64,000 nucleotides of DNA. Source: the human T2T-CHM13v2.0 reference genome, Homo sapiens. The stretch lies in assembly GCF_009914755.1 (NCBI RefSeq), contig NC_060925.1. The stretch is one strand, 5' to 3'. Made by a program: the position numbers and the translations under genes. The notes under the pieces were generated by a model. The model searched no databases, was not told where the DNA came from, and was given only the letters and a program-made list of their open reading frames with translations. Position 1 is the first letter of the stretch. The number at the start of each line of letters is the position of its first letter. Positions 43,301 to 59,000 of the stretch are shown here, piece by piece.

Positions 43301-46300
43301 ATCGAATGCAATCGAATAGAATCATCGAATGGACTCGAATGGAATCATCGAATGGAATGGAATGGAACAGTCAATGAACACGAATGGAATCATCATTGAA
43401 TGGAATCGAATGGAATCATCGAGTGGAATCGAATGGAATTATGATCAAATGGAATCAAATGTAATCATCATCAAATGGAATCAAAAATAACCATCATCAA
43501 TTGGTATTGAATGGAATTGTCATCAAATGGAATTCAAAGGAATCATCATCAAATGGAACCGAATGGAATCCTCATTGAATGGAAATGAAAGGGGTCATCA
43601 TCTAATGGAATCGCATGGAATCATCATCAAATGGAATCGAATGGAATCATCATCAAATGGAATCTAATGGAATCATTGAACAGAATTGAATGGAATCGTC
43701 ATCGAATGAATTGAATGCAATCATCGAATGGTCTCGAATGGAATCATCTTCTAATGGAAAGGAATGGAATCATCGCATAGAATCGAATGGAATTATCATC
43801 GAATGGAATCGAATGGTATCAACACCAAACGGAAAAAAACGGAATTATCGAATGGAATCGAAGAGAATCTTCGAACGGACCCGAATGGAATCATCTAATG
43901 GAATGGAATGGAATAATCCATGGACTCGAATGCAATCATCATCGAATGGAATCGAATGGAATCATCGAATGGACTCGAATGGAATAATCATTGAACGGAA
44001 TCGAATGGAATCATCATCGGATGGAAACGAATGGAATCATCATCGAATGGAAATGAAAGGAGTCATCATCTAATGGAATTGCATGGAATCATCATAAAAT
44101 GGAATCGAATGGAATCAACATCAAATGGAATCAAATGGAATCATTGAACGGAATTGAATGGAATCGTCATCGAATGAATTGACTGCAATCATCGAATGGT
44201 CTCGAATGGAATCAACTTCAAATGGAATGGAATGGAATCATCGAATAGAATCGAATGGAATTATCATCGAATGGAATCAACATCAAACGGAAAAAAACGG
44301 AATTATCGAATGGAATCGAAGAGAATCATCGAATGGACCAGAACGGAATCATCTAATGGAATGGAATGGAATAATCCATGGACTCGAATGCAATCATCAT
44401 CGAATGGAATCGAATGGAATCATCGAATGGACTCGAATGGAATAATCATTGAACGGAATCGAATGGAATCATCATCGGATGGAAATGAATGGAATCATCA
44501 TCGAATGGAATCGAATAGAATTATGGAATGAAATCCAGTGTGATCATCATCGAATGGACCCGAATGGAATCATCATCCAACGGAAGCTAATGGAATCAAC
44601 ATCGAATGAATCAAATGGAAACACCATCGAATTGAAACGAATGGAATTATCATGAAATTGAAATGGATGGACTCATCATCGAATGGATTCGAATGGAATC
44701 ATCGAATAAAATTGATTGAAATCATCATCGAATGGAATCGAATGGTATCATTGAATGGAATCGAATGGAATCATCATCAGATGGAAATGAATGGAATCGT
44801 CATAGAATGGAATCGAATGGATTCTTTGAATGGAATCAGATGGAATCATCGAATGGACTGGAATGGAATCATTGAATGGACTCGAAAGGGATCATGATTG
44901 AATGGAATTGAATGGAATCATCGAATGGTCTCGATTGGAATCATTATCAAATGGAATCGAATGGAATCACCGAATAGAATCGAATGGAACAATCATCGAA
45001 TGGACTCAAATGGAATTATCCTCCAATGGAATCGAATGGAATTATCGAATGCAATCGAATGGAATTATCGAATGCAATCGAATAGAATCATCGAATGGAC
45101 TCGAATGGAATCATCGAATGGAATGGAATGGAACAGTCAATGAACTCGAATGGAATCATCATTGAATGGAATCGAATGGAATCATCGAGTGGAATCGAAT
45201 GGAATTATGATCAAATGGAATCGAATGTAATCATCATCAAATGGAATCAAAAATAACCATCATCAATTGGTATTGAATGGAATTGTCATCAAATGGAATT
45301 CAAAGGAATCATCATCAAATGGAACCGAATGGAATCCTCATTGAATGGAAATGAAAGGGGTCATCATCTAATGGATTCGCATGGAATCATCATCTAATGG
45401 AATCGAATGGAATCATCATCAAATGGAATCTAATGGAATCATTGAACAGAATTGAATGGAATCGTCATCGAATGAATTGAATGCAATCATCGAATGGTCT
45501 CGAATGGAATCATCTTCTAATGGAAAGGAATGGAATCATCGCATAGAATCGAATGGAATTATCATCGAATGGAATCGAATGGTATCAACACCAAACGGAA
45601 AAAAACGGAATTATCGAATGGAATCGAAGAGAATCTTCGAACGGACCCGAATGGAATCATCTAATGGAATGGAATGGAATAATCCATGGACTCGAATGCA
45701 ATCATCATCGAATGGAATCGAATGGAATCATCGAATGGACTCGAATGGAATAATCATTGAACGGAATCGAATGGAATCATCATCGGATGGAAACGAATGG
45801 AATCATCATCGAATGGAAATGAAAGGAGTCATCATCTAATGGAATTGCATGGAATCATCATAAAATGGAATCGAATGGAATCAACATCAAATGGAATCAA
45901 ATGGAATCATTGAACGGAATTGAATGGAATCGTCATCGAATGAATTGACTGCAATCATCGAATGGTCTCGAATGGAATCATCTTCAAATGGAATGGAATG
46001 GAATCATCGCATAGAATCGAATGGAATTATCATCGAATGGAATTGAATGGAATCAACATCAAACGGAAAAAAACGGAATTATCGAATGGAATCGACGAGA
46101 ATCATCGAATGGACCCGAATGGAATCATCTAATGGAATGGAATGGAATAATCCATGGACTCGAATGCAATCATCATCGAATGGAATCGAATGGAATCATC
46201 GAATGGACTCGAATGGAATAATCATTGAACGGAAACGAATGGAATCATCATCGGTTGGAAATGAATGGAATCATCATCGAATGGAATCGAATAGAATTAT

Positions 46301-49300
46301 GGAATGAAATCCAGTGTGATCATCATCGAATGGACCCGAATGGAATCATCATCCAACGGAAGCTAATGGAATCAACATCGAATGAATCGAATGGAAACAC
46401 CATCGAATTGAAACGAATGGAATTATCATGAAATTGAAATGGATGGACTCATCATCGAATGGATTCGAATGGAATCATCGAATAAAATTGATTGAAATCA
46501 TCATCGAATGGAATCGAATGGTATCATTGAATGGAATCGAATGGAATCATCATCAGATGGAAATGAATGGAATCGTCATAGAATGGAATCGAATGGATTC
46601 ATTGAATGGAATCAGATGGAATCATCGAATGGACTGGAATGGAATCATTGAATGGACTCGAAAGGGATCATTATTGAATGCAATTGAATGGAATCATCGA
46701 ATGGTCTCGATTGGAATCATTATCAAATGGAATCGAATGGAATCACCGAATAGAATCGAATGGAACAATCATCGAATGGACTCAAATGGAATTATCCTCA
46801 AATGGAATCGAATGGAATTATCGAATGCAATCGAATGGAATTATCGAATGCAATCGAATAGAATCATCGAATGGACTCGAATGGAATCATCGAATGGAAT
46901 GGAATGGAACAGTCAATGAACACGAATGGAATCATCATTGAATGGAATCGAATGGAATCATCGAGTGGAATCGAATGGAATTATGATCAAATGGAATCGA
47001 ATGTAATCATCATCAAATGGAATCAAAAATAACCATCATCAATTGGTATTGAATGGAATTGTCATCAAATGGAATTCAAAGGAATCATCATCAAATGGAA
47101 CCGAATGGAATCCTCATTGAATGGAAATGAAAGGGGTCATCATCTAATGGAATCGCATGGAATCATCATCAAATGGAATCGAATGGAATCATCATCAAAT
47201 GGAATCTAATGGAATCATTGAACAGAATTGAATGGAATGGTCATTGAATGAATTGAATGCAATCATCGAATGGTCTCGAATGGAATCATCTTCTAATGGA
47301 AAGGAATGGAATCATCGCATAGAATCGAATGGAATTATCATCGAATGGAATCGAATGGTATCAACACCAAACGGAAAAAAACGGAATTATCGAATGGAAT
47401 CGAAGAGAATCTTCGAACGGACCCGAATGGAATCATCTAATGGAATAGAATGGAATAATCCATGGACTCGAATGCAATCATCATCGAATGGAATCGAATG
47501 GAATCATCGAATGGACTCGAATGGAATAATCATTGAACGGAATCGAATGGAATCATCATCGGATGGAAACGAATGGAATCATCATCGAATGGAAATGAAA
47601 GGAGTCATCATCTAATGGAATTGCATGGAATCATCATAAAATGGAATCGAATGGAATCAACATCAAATGGAATCAAATGGAATCATTGAACGGAATTGAA
47701 TGGAATCGTCATCGAATGAATTGACTGCAATCATCGAATGGTCTCGGAATCATCTTCAAATGGAATGGAATGGAATCATCGCATAGAATCGAATGGAATT
47801 ATCATGTAATGGAATCGAATGGAATCAACATCAAACGGAAAAAAACGGAATTATCGAATGGAATCGAAGAGAATCATCGAATGGACCCGAATGGAATCAT
47901 CTAATGGAATGGAATGGAATAATCCATGGACTCGAATGCAATCATCATCGAATGGAATCGAATGGAATCATCGAATGAACTCGAATGGAATCATCATTGA
48001 ATGGAATCGAATGGAATCATCGAGTGGAATGGAATGGAATTATGATCAAATGGAATCGAATGTAATCATCATCAAATGGAATCAAAAATAACCATCATCA
48101 ATTGGTATTGAATGGAATTGTCATCAAATGGAATTCAAAGGAATCATCATCAAATGGAACCGAATGGAATCCTCATTGAATGGAAATGAAAGGGGTCATC
48201 ATCTAATGGAATCGCATGGAATCATCATCAAATGGAATCGAATGGAATCATCATCAAATGGAATCTAATGGAATCATTGAACAGAATTGAATGGAATCGT
48301 CATCGAATGAATTGAATGCAATCATCGAATGGTCTCGAATGGAATCATCTTCTAATGGAAAGGAATGGAATCATCGCATAGAATCGAATGGAATTATCAT
48401 CGAATGGAATCGAATGGTATCAACACCAAACGGAAAAAAACGGAATTATCGAATGGAATCGAAGAGAATCTTCGAACGGACCCGAATGGAATCATCTAAT
48501 GGAATGGAATGGAATAATCCATGGATTCGAATGCAATCATCATCGAATGGAATCGAATGGAATCATCGAATGGACTCGAATGGAATAATCATTGAACGGA
48601 ATCGAATGGAATCATCATCGGATGGAAACGAATGGAATCATCATCGAATGGAAATGAAAGGAGTCATCATCTAATGGAATTGCATGGAATCATCATAAAA
48701 TGGAATCGAATGGAATCAACATCAAATGGAATCAAATGGAATCATTGAACGGAATTGAATGGAATCGTCATCGAATGAATTGACTGCAATCATCGAATGG
48801 TCTCGAATGGAATCATCTTCAAATGGAATGGAATGGAATCATCGCATAGAATCGAATGGAATTATCATCGAATGGAATCGAATGGAATCAACATCAAACG
48901 GAAAAAAACGGAATTATCGAATGGAATCGAAGAGAATCATCGAATGGACCCGAATGGAATCATCTAATGGAATGGAATGGAATAATCCATGGACTCGAAT
49001 GCAATCATCATCGAATGGAATCGAATGGAATCATCGAATGGACTCGAATGGAATAATCATTGAACGGAAACGAATGGAATCATCATCGGATGGAAATGAA
49101 TGGAATCATCATCGAATGGAATCGAATAGAATTATGGAATGAAATCCAGTGTGATCATCATCGAATGGACCCGAATGGAATCATCATCCAACGGAAGCTA
49201 ATGGAATCAACATCGAATGAATCGAATGGAAACACCATCGAATTGAAACGAATGGAATTATCATGAAATTGAAATGGATGGACTCATCATCGAATGGATT

Positions 49301-50066
49301 CGAATGGAATCATCGAATAAAATTGATTGAAATCATCATCGAATGGAATCGAATGGTATCATTGAATGGAATCGAATGGAATCATCATCAGATGGAAATG
49401 AATGGAATCGTCATAGAATGGAATCGAATGGATTCATTGAATGGAATCAGATGGAATCATCGAATGGACTGGAATGGAATCATTGAATGGACTCGAAAGG
49501 GATCATGATTGAACGGAATTGAATGGAATCATCGAATGGTCTCGATTGGAATCATTATCAAATGGAATCGAATGGAATCACCGAATAGAATCGAATGGAA
49601 CAATCATCGAATGGACTCAAATGGAATTATCCTCAAATGGAATCGAATGGAATTATCGAATGCAATCGAATGGAATTATCGAATGCAATCGAATAGAATC
49701 ATCGAATGGACTCGAATGGAATCATCGAATGGAATGGAATGGAACAGTCAATGAACACGAATGGAATCATCATTGAATGGAATCGAATGGAATCATCGAG
49801 TGGAATCGAATGGAATTATGATCAAATGGAATCGAATGTAATCATCATCAAATGGAATCAAAAATAACCATCATCAATTGGTATTGAATGGAATTGTCAT
49901 CAAATGGAATTCAAAGGAATCATCATCAAATGGAACCGAATGGAATCCTCATTGAATGGAAATGAAAGGGGTCATCATCTAATGGAATCGCATGGAATCA
50001 TCATCAAATGGAATCGAATGGAATCATCATCAAATGGAATCTAATGGAATCATTGAACAGAATTGA
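37313..50066. repeat. 6377-bp higher-order tetramer (1766+1776+1059+1776) x2
   Basis: Landmarks 37313/39079/40855/41914 recur at 43690/45456/47232/48291. Private variants repeat at +6377: TAATGGATTCGC, CATTATTGAATGCAATTG, GAACACGAA, GGTCATTGAA. Confidence 0.88.
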
Positions 50067-53000
50067 ATGGAATGGTCATTGAATGAATTGAATGCAATCA
50101 TCGAATGGTCTCGAATGGAATCATCTTCTAATGGAAAGGAATGGAATCATCGCATAGAATCGAATGGAATTATCATCGAATGGAATCGAATGGTATCAAC
50201 ACCAAACGGAAAAAAACGGAATTATCGAATGGAATCGAAGAGAATCTTCGAACGGACCCGAATGGAATCATCTAATGGAATAGAATGGAATAATCCATGG
50301 ACTCGAATGCAATCATCATCGAATGGAATCGAATGGAATCATCGAATGGACTCGAATGGAATAATCATTGAACAGAATCGAATGGAATCATCATCAGATG
50401 GAAACGAATGGAATCATCATCGAATGGAAATGAAAGGTGTCATCATCTAATGGAATTGCATGGAATCATCATAAAATGGAATCGAATGGAATCAACATCA
50501 AATGGAATCAAATGGAATCATTGAACGGAATTGAATGGAATCGTCATCGAATGAATTGACTGCAATCATCGAATGGTCTCGGAATCATCTTCAAATGGAA
50601 TGGAATGGAATCATCGCATAGAATCGAATGGAATTATCATCGAATGGAATCGAATGGAATCAACATCAAACGGAAAAAAACGGAATTATCGAATGGAATC
50701 GAAGAGAATCATCGAATGGACCCGAATGGAATCATCTAATGGAATGGAATGGAATAATCCATGGACTCGAATGCAATCATCATCGAATGGAATCGAATGG
50801 AATCATCGAATGAACTCGAATGGAATCATCATTGAATGGAATCGAATGGAATCATCGAGTGGAATCGAATGGAATTATGATCAAATGGAATCGAATGTAA
50901 TCATCATCAAATGGAATCAAAAATAACCATCATCAATTGGTATTGAATGGAATTGTCATCAAATGGAATTCAAAGGAATCATCATCAAATGGAACCGAAT
51001 GGAATCCTCATTGAATGGAAATGAAAGGGGTCATCATCTAATGGAATCGCATGGAATCATCATCAAATGGAATCGAATGGAATCATCATCAAATGGAATC
51101 TAATGGAATCATTGAACAGAATTGAATGGAATCGTCATCGAATGAATTGAATGCAATCATCGAATGGTCTCGAATGGAATCATCTTCTAATGGAAAGGAA
51201 TGGAATCATCGCATAGAATCGAATGGAATTATCATCGAATGGAATCGAATGGTATCAACACCAAACGGAAAAAAACGGAATTATCGAATGGAATCGAAGA
51301 GAATCTTCGAACGGACCCGAATGGAATCATCTAATGGAATGGAATGGAATAATCCATGGACTCGAATGCAATCATCATCGAATGGAATGGAATGGAATCA
51401 TCGAATGGACTCGAATGGAATAATCATTGAACGGAATCGAATGGAATCATCATCGGATGGAAACGAATGGAATCATCATCGAATGGAAATGAAAGGAGTC
51501 ATCATCTAATGGAATTGCATGGAATCATCATAAAATGGAATCGAATGGAATCAACATCAAATGGAATCAAATGGAATCATTGAACGGAATTGAATGGAAT
51601 CGTCATCGAATGAATTGACTGCAATCATCGAATGGTCTCGAATGGAATCAACTTCAAATGGAATGGAATGGAATCATCGAATAGAATCGAATGGAATTAT
51701 CATCGAATGGAATCAACATCAAACGGAAAAAAACGGAATTATCGAATGGAATCGAAGAGAATCATCGAAGGGACCCCAACGGAATCATCTAATGGAATGG
51801 AATGGAATAATCCATGGACTCGAATGCAATCATCATCGAATGGAATCGAATGGAATCATCGAATGGACTCGAATGGAATAATCATTGAACGGAAACGAAT
51901 GGAATCATCATCGGATGGAAATGAATGGAATCATCATCGAATGGAATCGAATAGAATTATGGAATGAAATCCAGTGTGATCATCATCGAATGGACCCGAA
52001 TGGAATCATCATCCAACGGAAGCTAATGGAATCAACATCGAATGAATCGAATGGAAACACCATCGAATTGAAACGAATGGAATTATCATGAAATTGAAAT
52101 GGATGGACTCATCATCGAATGGATTCGAATGGAATCATCGAATAAAATTGATTGAAATCATCATCGAATGGAATCGAATGGTATCATTGATTGGAATCGA
52201 ATGGAATCATCATCAGATGGAAATGAATGGAATCGTCATAGAATGTAATCGAATGGATTCATTGAATGGAATCAGATGGAATCATCGAATGGACTGGAAT
52301 GGAATCATTGAATGGACTCGAAAGGGATCATGATTGAATGGAATTGAATGGAATCATCGAATGGTCTCGATTGGAATCATTATCAAATGGAATCGAATGG
52401 AATCACCGAATAGAATCGAATGGAACAATCATCGAATGGACTCAAATGGAATTATCCTCAAATGGAATCGAATGGAATTATCGAATGCAATCGAATGGAA
52501 TTATCGAATGCAATCGAATAGAATCATCGAATGGACTCGAATGGAATCATCGAATGGAATGGAATGGAACAGTCAATGAACTCGAATGGAATCATCATTG
52601 AATGGAATCGAATGGAATCATCGAGTGGAATCGAATGGAATTATGATCAAATGGAATCGAATGTAATCATCATCAAATGGAATCAAAAATAACCATCATC
52701 AATTGGTATTGAATGGAATTGTCATCAAATGGAATTCAAAGGAATCATCATCAAATGGAACCGAATGGAATCCTCATTGAATGGAAATGAAAGGGGTCAT
52801 CATCTAATGGAATCGCATGGAATCATCATCAAATGGAATCGAATGGAATCATCATCAAATGGAATCTAATGGAATCATTGAACAGAATTGAATGGAATGG
52901 TCATCGAATGAATTGAATGCAATCATCGAATGGTCTCGAATGGAATCATCTTCTAATGGAAAGGAATGGAATCATCGCATAGAATCGAATGGAATTATCA

Positions 53001-56000
53001 TCGAATGGAATCGAATGGTATCAACACCAAACGGAAAAAACCGGAATTATCGAATGGAATCGAAGAGAATCTTCGAACGGACCCGAATGGAATCATCTAA
53101 TGGAATGGAATGGAACAATCCATGGACTCGAATGCAATCATCATCGAATGGAATCGAATGGAATCATCGAATGGACTCGAATGGAATAATCATTGAATGG
53201 AATCGAATGGAATCATCATCGGATGGAAACGAATGGAATCATCATCGAATGGAAATGAAAGGAGTCATCATCTAATGGAATTGCATGGAATCATCATAAA
53301 ATGGAATCGAATGGAATCAACATCAAATGGAATCAAATGGAATCATTGAACGGAATTGAAGGGAATCGTCATCGAATGAATAGACTGCAATCATCGAATG
53401 GTCTCGGAATCATCTTCAAATGGAATGGAATGGAATCATCGCATAGAATCGAATGGAATTATCATCGAATGGAATCGAATAGAATCAACATCAAACGGAA
53501 AAAAACGGAATTATCGAATGGAATCGAAGAGAATCATCGAATGGACCCGAATGGAATCATCTAATGGAATGGAATGGAATAATCCATGGACTCGAATGCA
53601 ATCATCATCGAATGGAATCGAATGGAATCATCGAATGGACTCGAATGGAATAATCATTGAACGGAATCAAATGGAATCATCATCGGATGGAAATGAATGG
53701 AATCATCATCGAATGGAATCGAATAGAATTATGGAATGAAATCCAGTGTGATCATCATCGAATGGACCCGAATGGAATCATCATCCAACGGAAGCTAATG
53801 GAATCAACATCGAATGAATCGAATGGAAACACCATCGAATTGAAACGAATGGAATTATCATGAAATTGAAATGGATGGACTCATCATCGAATGGATTCGA
53901 ATGGAATCATCGAATAAAATTGATTGAAATCATCACCGAATGGAATCGAATGATATCATTGAATGGAATCGAATGGAATCATCATCAGATGGAAATGAAT
54001 GGAATCGTCATAGAATGGAATCGAATGGATTCATTGAATGGAATCAGATGGAATCATCGAATGGACTGGAATGGAATCATTGAATGGACTCGAAAGGGAT
54101 CATGATAGAATGGAATTGAATGGAATCATCGAATGGTCTCGATTGGAATCATTATCAAATGGAATCGAATGGAATCACCGAATAGAATCGAATGGAACAA
54201 TCATCGAATGGACTCAAATGGAATTATCCTCAAATGGAATCGAATGGAATTATCGAATGCAATCGAATGGAATTATCGAATGCAATCGAATAGAATCATC
54301 GAATGGACTCGAATGGAATCATCGAATGGAATGGAATGGAACAGTCAATGAACACGAATGGAATCATCATTGAATGGAATCGAATGGAATCATCGAGTGG
54401 AATCGAATGGAATTATGATCAAATGGAATCGAATGTAATCATCATCAAATGGAATCAAAAATAACCATCATCAATTGGTATTGAATGGAATTGTCATCAA
54501 ATGGAATTCAAAGGAATCATCATCAAATGGAACCGAATGGAATCCTCATTGAATGGAAATGAAAGGGGTCATCATCTAATGGAATCGCATGGAATCATCA
54601 TCAAATGGAATCGAATGGAATCATCATCAAATGGAATCTAATGGAATCATTGAACAGAATTGAATGGAATGGTCATTGAATGAATTGAATGCAATCATCG
54701 AATGGTCTCGAATGGAATCATCTTCTAATGGAAAGGAATGGAATCATCGCATAGAATCGAATGGAATTATCATCGAATGGAATCGAATGGTATCAACACC
54801 AAACGGAAAAAAACGGAATTATCGAATGGAATCGAAGAGAATCTTCGAACGGACCCGAATGGAATCATCTAATGGAATAGAATGGAATAATCCATGGACT
54901 CGAATGCAATCATCATCGAATGGAATCGAATGGAATCATCGAATGGACTCGAATGGAATAATCATTGAACAGAATCGAATGGAATCATCATCAGATGGAA
55001 ACGAATGGAATCATCATCGAATGGAAATGAAAGGAGTCATCATCTAATGGAATTGCATGGAATCATCATAAAATGGAATCGAATGGAATCAACATCAAAT
55101 GGAATCAAATGGAATCATTGAACGGAATTGAATGGAATCGTCATCGAATGAATTGACTGCAATCATCGAATGGTCTCGGAATCATCTTCAAATGGAATGG
55201 AATGGAATCATCGCATAGAATCGAATGGAATTATCATCGAATGGAATCGAATGGAATCAACATCAAACGGAAAAAAACGGAATTATCGAATGGAATCGAA
55301 GAGAATCATCGAATGGACCCGAATGGAATCATCTAATGGAATGGAATGGAATAATCCATGGACTCGAATGCAATCATCATCGAATGGAATCGAATGGAAT
55401 CATCGAATGAACTCGAATGGAATCATCATTGAATGGAATCGAATGGAATCATCGAGTGGAATCGAATGGAATTATGATCAAATGGAATCGAATGTAATCA
55501 TCATCAAATGGAATCAAAAATAACCATCATCAATTGGTATTGAATGGAATTGTCATCAAATGGAATTCAAAGGAATCATCATCAAATGGAACCGAATGGA
55601 ATCCTCATTGAATGGAAATGAAAGGGGTCATCATCTAATGGAATCGCATGGAATCATCATCAAATGGAATCGAATGGAATCATCATCAAATGGAATCTAA
55701 TGGAATCATTGAACAGAATTGAATGGAATCGTCATCGAATGAATTGAATGCAATCATCGAATGGTCTCGAATGGAATCATCTTCTAATGGAAAGGAATGG
55801 AATCATCGCATAGAATCGAATGGAATTATCATCGAATGGAATCGAATGGTATCAACACCAAACGGAAAAAAACGGAATTATCGAATGGAATCGAAGAGAA
55901 TCTTCGAACGGACCCGAATGGAATCATCTAATGGAATGGAATGGAATAATCCATGGACTCGAATGCAATCATCATCGAATGGAATCGAATGGAATCATCG

Positions 56001-59000
56001 AATGGACTCGAATGGAATAATCATTGAACGGAATCGAATGGAATCATCATCGGATGGAAACGAATGGAATCATCATCGAATGGAAATGAAAGGAGTCATC
56101 ATCTAATGGAATTGCATGGAATCATCATAAAATGGAATCGAATGGAATCAACATCAAATGGAATCAAATGGAATCATTGAACGGAATTGAATGGAATCGT
56201 CATCGAATGAATTGACTGCAATCATCGAATGGTCTCGAATGGAATCAACTTCAAATGGAATGGAATGGAATCATCGAATAGAATCGAATGGAATTATCAT
56301 CGAATGGAATCAACATCAAACGGAAAAAAACGGAATTATCGAATGGAATCGAAGAGAATCATCGAAGGGACCCGAACGGAATCATCTAATGGAATGGAAT
56401 GGAATAATCCATGGACTTGAATGCAATCATCATCGAATGGAATCGAATGGAATCATCGAATGGACTCGAATGGAATAATCATTGAACGGAAACGAATGGA
56501 ATCATCATCGGATGGAAATGAATGGAATCATCATCGAATGGAATCGAATAGAATTATGGAATGAAATCCAGTGTGATCATCATCGAATGGACCCGAATGG
56601 AATCATCATCCAACGGAAGCTAATGGAATCAACATCGAATGAATCGAATGGAAACACCATCGAATTGAAACGAATGGAATTATCATGAAATTGAAATGGA
56701 TGGACTCATCATCGAATGGATTCGAATGGAATCATCGAATAAAATTGATTGAAATCATCATCGAATGGAATCGAATGGTATCATTGATTGGAATCGAATG
56801 GAATCATCATCAGATGGAAATGAATGGAATCGTCATAGAATGTAATCGAATGGATTCATTGAATGGAATCAGATGGAATCATCGAATGGACTGGAATGGA
56901 ATCATTGAATGGACTCGAAAGGGATCATGATTGAATGGAATTGAATGGAATCATCGAATGGTCTCGATTGGAATCATTATCAAATGGAATCGAATGGAAT
57001 CACCGAATAGAATCGAATGGAACAATCATCGAATGGACTCAAATGGAATTATCCTCAAATGGAATCGAATGGAATTATCGAATGCAATCGAATGGAATTA
57101 TCGAATGCAATCGAATAGAATCATCGAATGGACTCGAATGGAATCATCGAATGGAATGGAATGGAACAGTCAATGAACTCGAATGGAATCATCATTGAAT
57201 GGAATCGAATGGAATCATCGAGTGGAATCGAATGGAATTATGATCAAATGGAATCGAATGTAATCATCATCAAATGGAATCAAAAATAACCATCATCAAT
57301 TGGTATTGAATGGAATTGTCATCAAATGGAATTCAAAGGAATCATCATCAAATGGAACCGAATGGAATCCTCATTGAATGGAAATGAAAGGGGTCATCAT
57401 CTAATGGAATCGCATGGAATCATCATCAAATGGAATCGAATGGAATCATCATCAAATGGAATCTAATGGAATCATTGAACAGAATTGAATGGAATGGTCA
57501 TCGAATGAATTGAATGCAATCATCGAATGGTCTCGAATGGAATCATCTTCTAATGGAAAGGAATGGAATCATCGCATAGAATCGAATGGAATTATCATCG
57601 AATGGAATCGAATGGTATCAACACCAAACGGAAAAAAACGGAATTATCGAATGGAATCGAAGAGAATCTTCGAACGGACCCGAATGGAATCATCTAATGG
57701 AATGGAATGGAACAATCCATGGACTCGAATGCAATCATCATCGAATGGAATCGAATGGAATCATCGAATGGACTCGAATGGAATAATCATTGAACGGAAT
57801 CGAATGGAATCATCATCGGATGGAAACGAATGGAATCATCATCGAATGGAAATGAAAGGAGTCATCATCTAATGGAATTGCATGGAATCATCATAAAATG
57901 GAATCGAATGGAATCAACATCAAATGGAATCAAATGGAATCATTGAACGGAATTGAATGGAATCGTCATCGAATGAATAGACTGCAATCATCGAATGGTC
58001 TCGGAATCATCTTCAAATGGAATGGAATGGAATCATCGCATAGAATCGAATGGAATTATCATCGAATGGAATCGAATGGAATCAACATCAAACGGAAAAA
58101 AACGGAATTATCGAATGGAATCGAAGAGAATCATCGAATGGACCCGAATGGAATCATCTAATGGAATGGAATGGAATAATCCATGGACTCGAATGCAATC
58201 ATCATCGAATGGAATCGAATGGAATCATCGAATGGACTCGAATGGAATAATCATTGAACGGAATCGAATGGAATCATCATCGGATGGAAATGAATGGAAT
58301 CATCATCGAATGGAATCGAATAGAATTATGGAATGAAATCCAGTGTGATCATCATCGAATGGACCCGAATGGAATCATCATCCAACGGAAGCTAATGGAA
58401 TCAACATCGAATGAATCGAATGGAAACACCATCGAATTGAAACGAATGGAATTATCATGAAATTGAAATGGATGGACTCATCATCGAATGGATTCGAATG
58501 GAATCATCGAATAAAATTGATTGAAATCATCACCGAATGGAATCGAATGGTATCATTGAATGGAATCGAATGGAATCATCATCAGATGGAAATGAATGGA
58601 ATCGTCATAGAATGGAATCGAATGGATTCATTGAATGGAATCAGATGGAATCATCGAATGGACTGGAATGGAATCATTGAATGGACTCGAAAGGGATCAT
58701 GATTGAATGGAATTGAATGGAATCATCGAATGGTCTCGATTGGAATCATTATCAAATGGAATCGAATGGAATCACCGAATAGAATCGAATGGAACAATCA
58801 TCGAATGGACTCAAATGGAATTATCCTCAAATGGAATCGAATGGAATTATCGAATGCAATCGAATGGAATTATCGAATGCAATCGAATAGAATCATCGAA
58901 TGGACTCGAATGGAATCATCGAATGGAATGGAATGGAACAGTCAATGAACACGAATGGAATCATCATTGAATGGAATCGAATGGAATCATCGAGTGGAAT

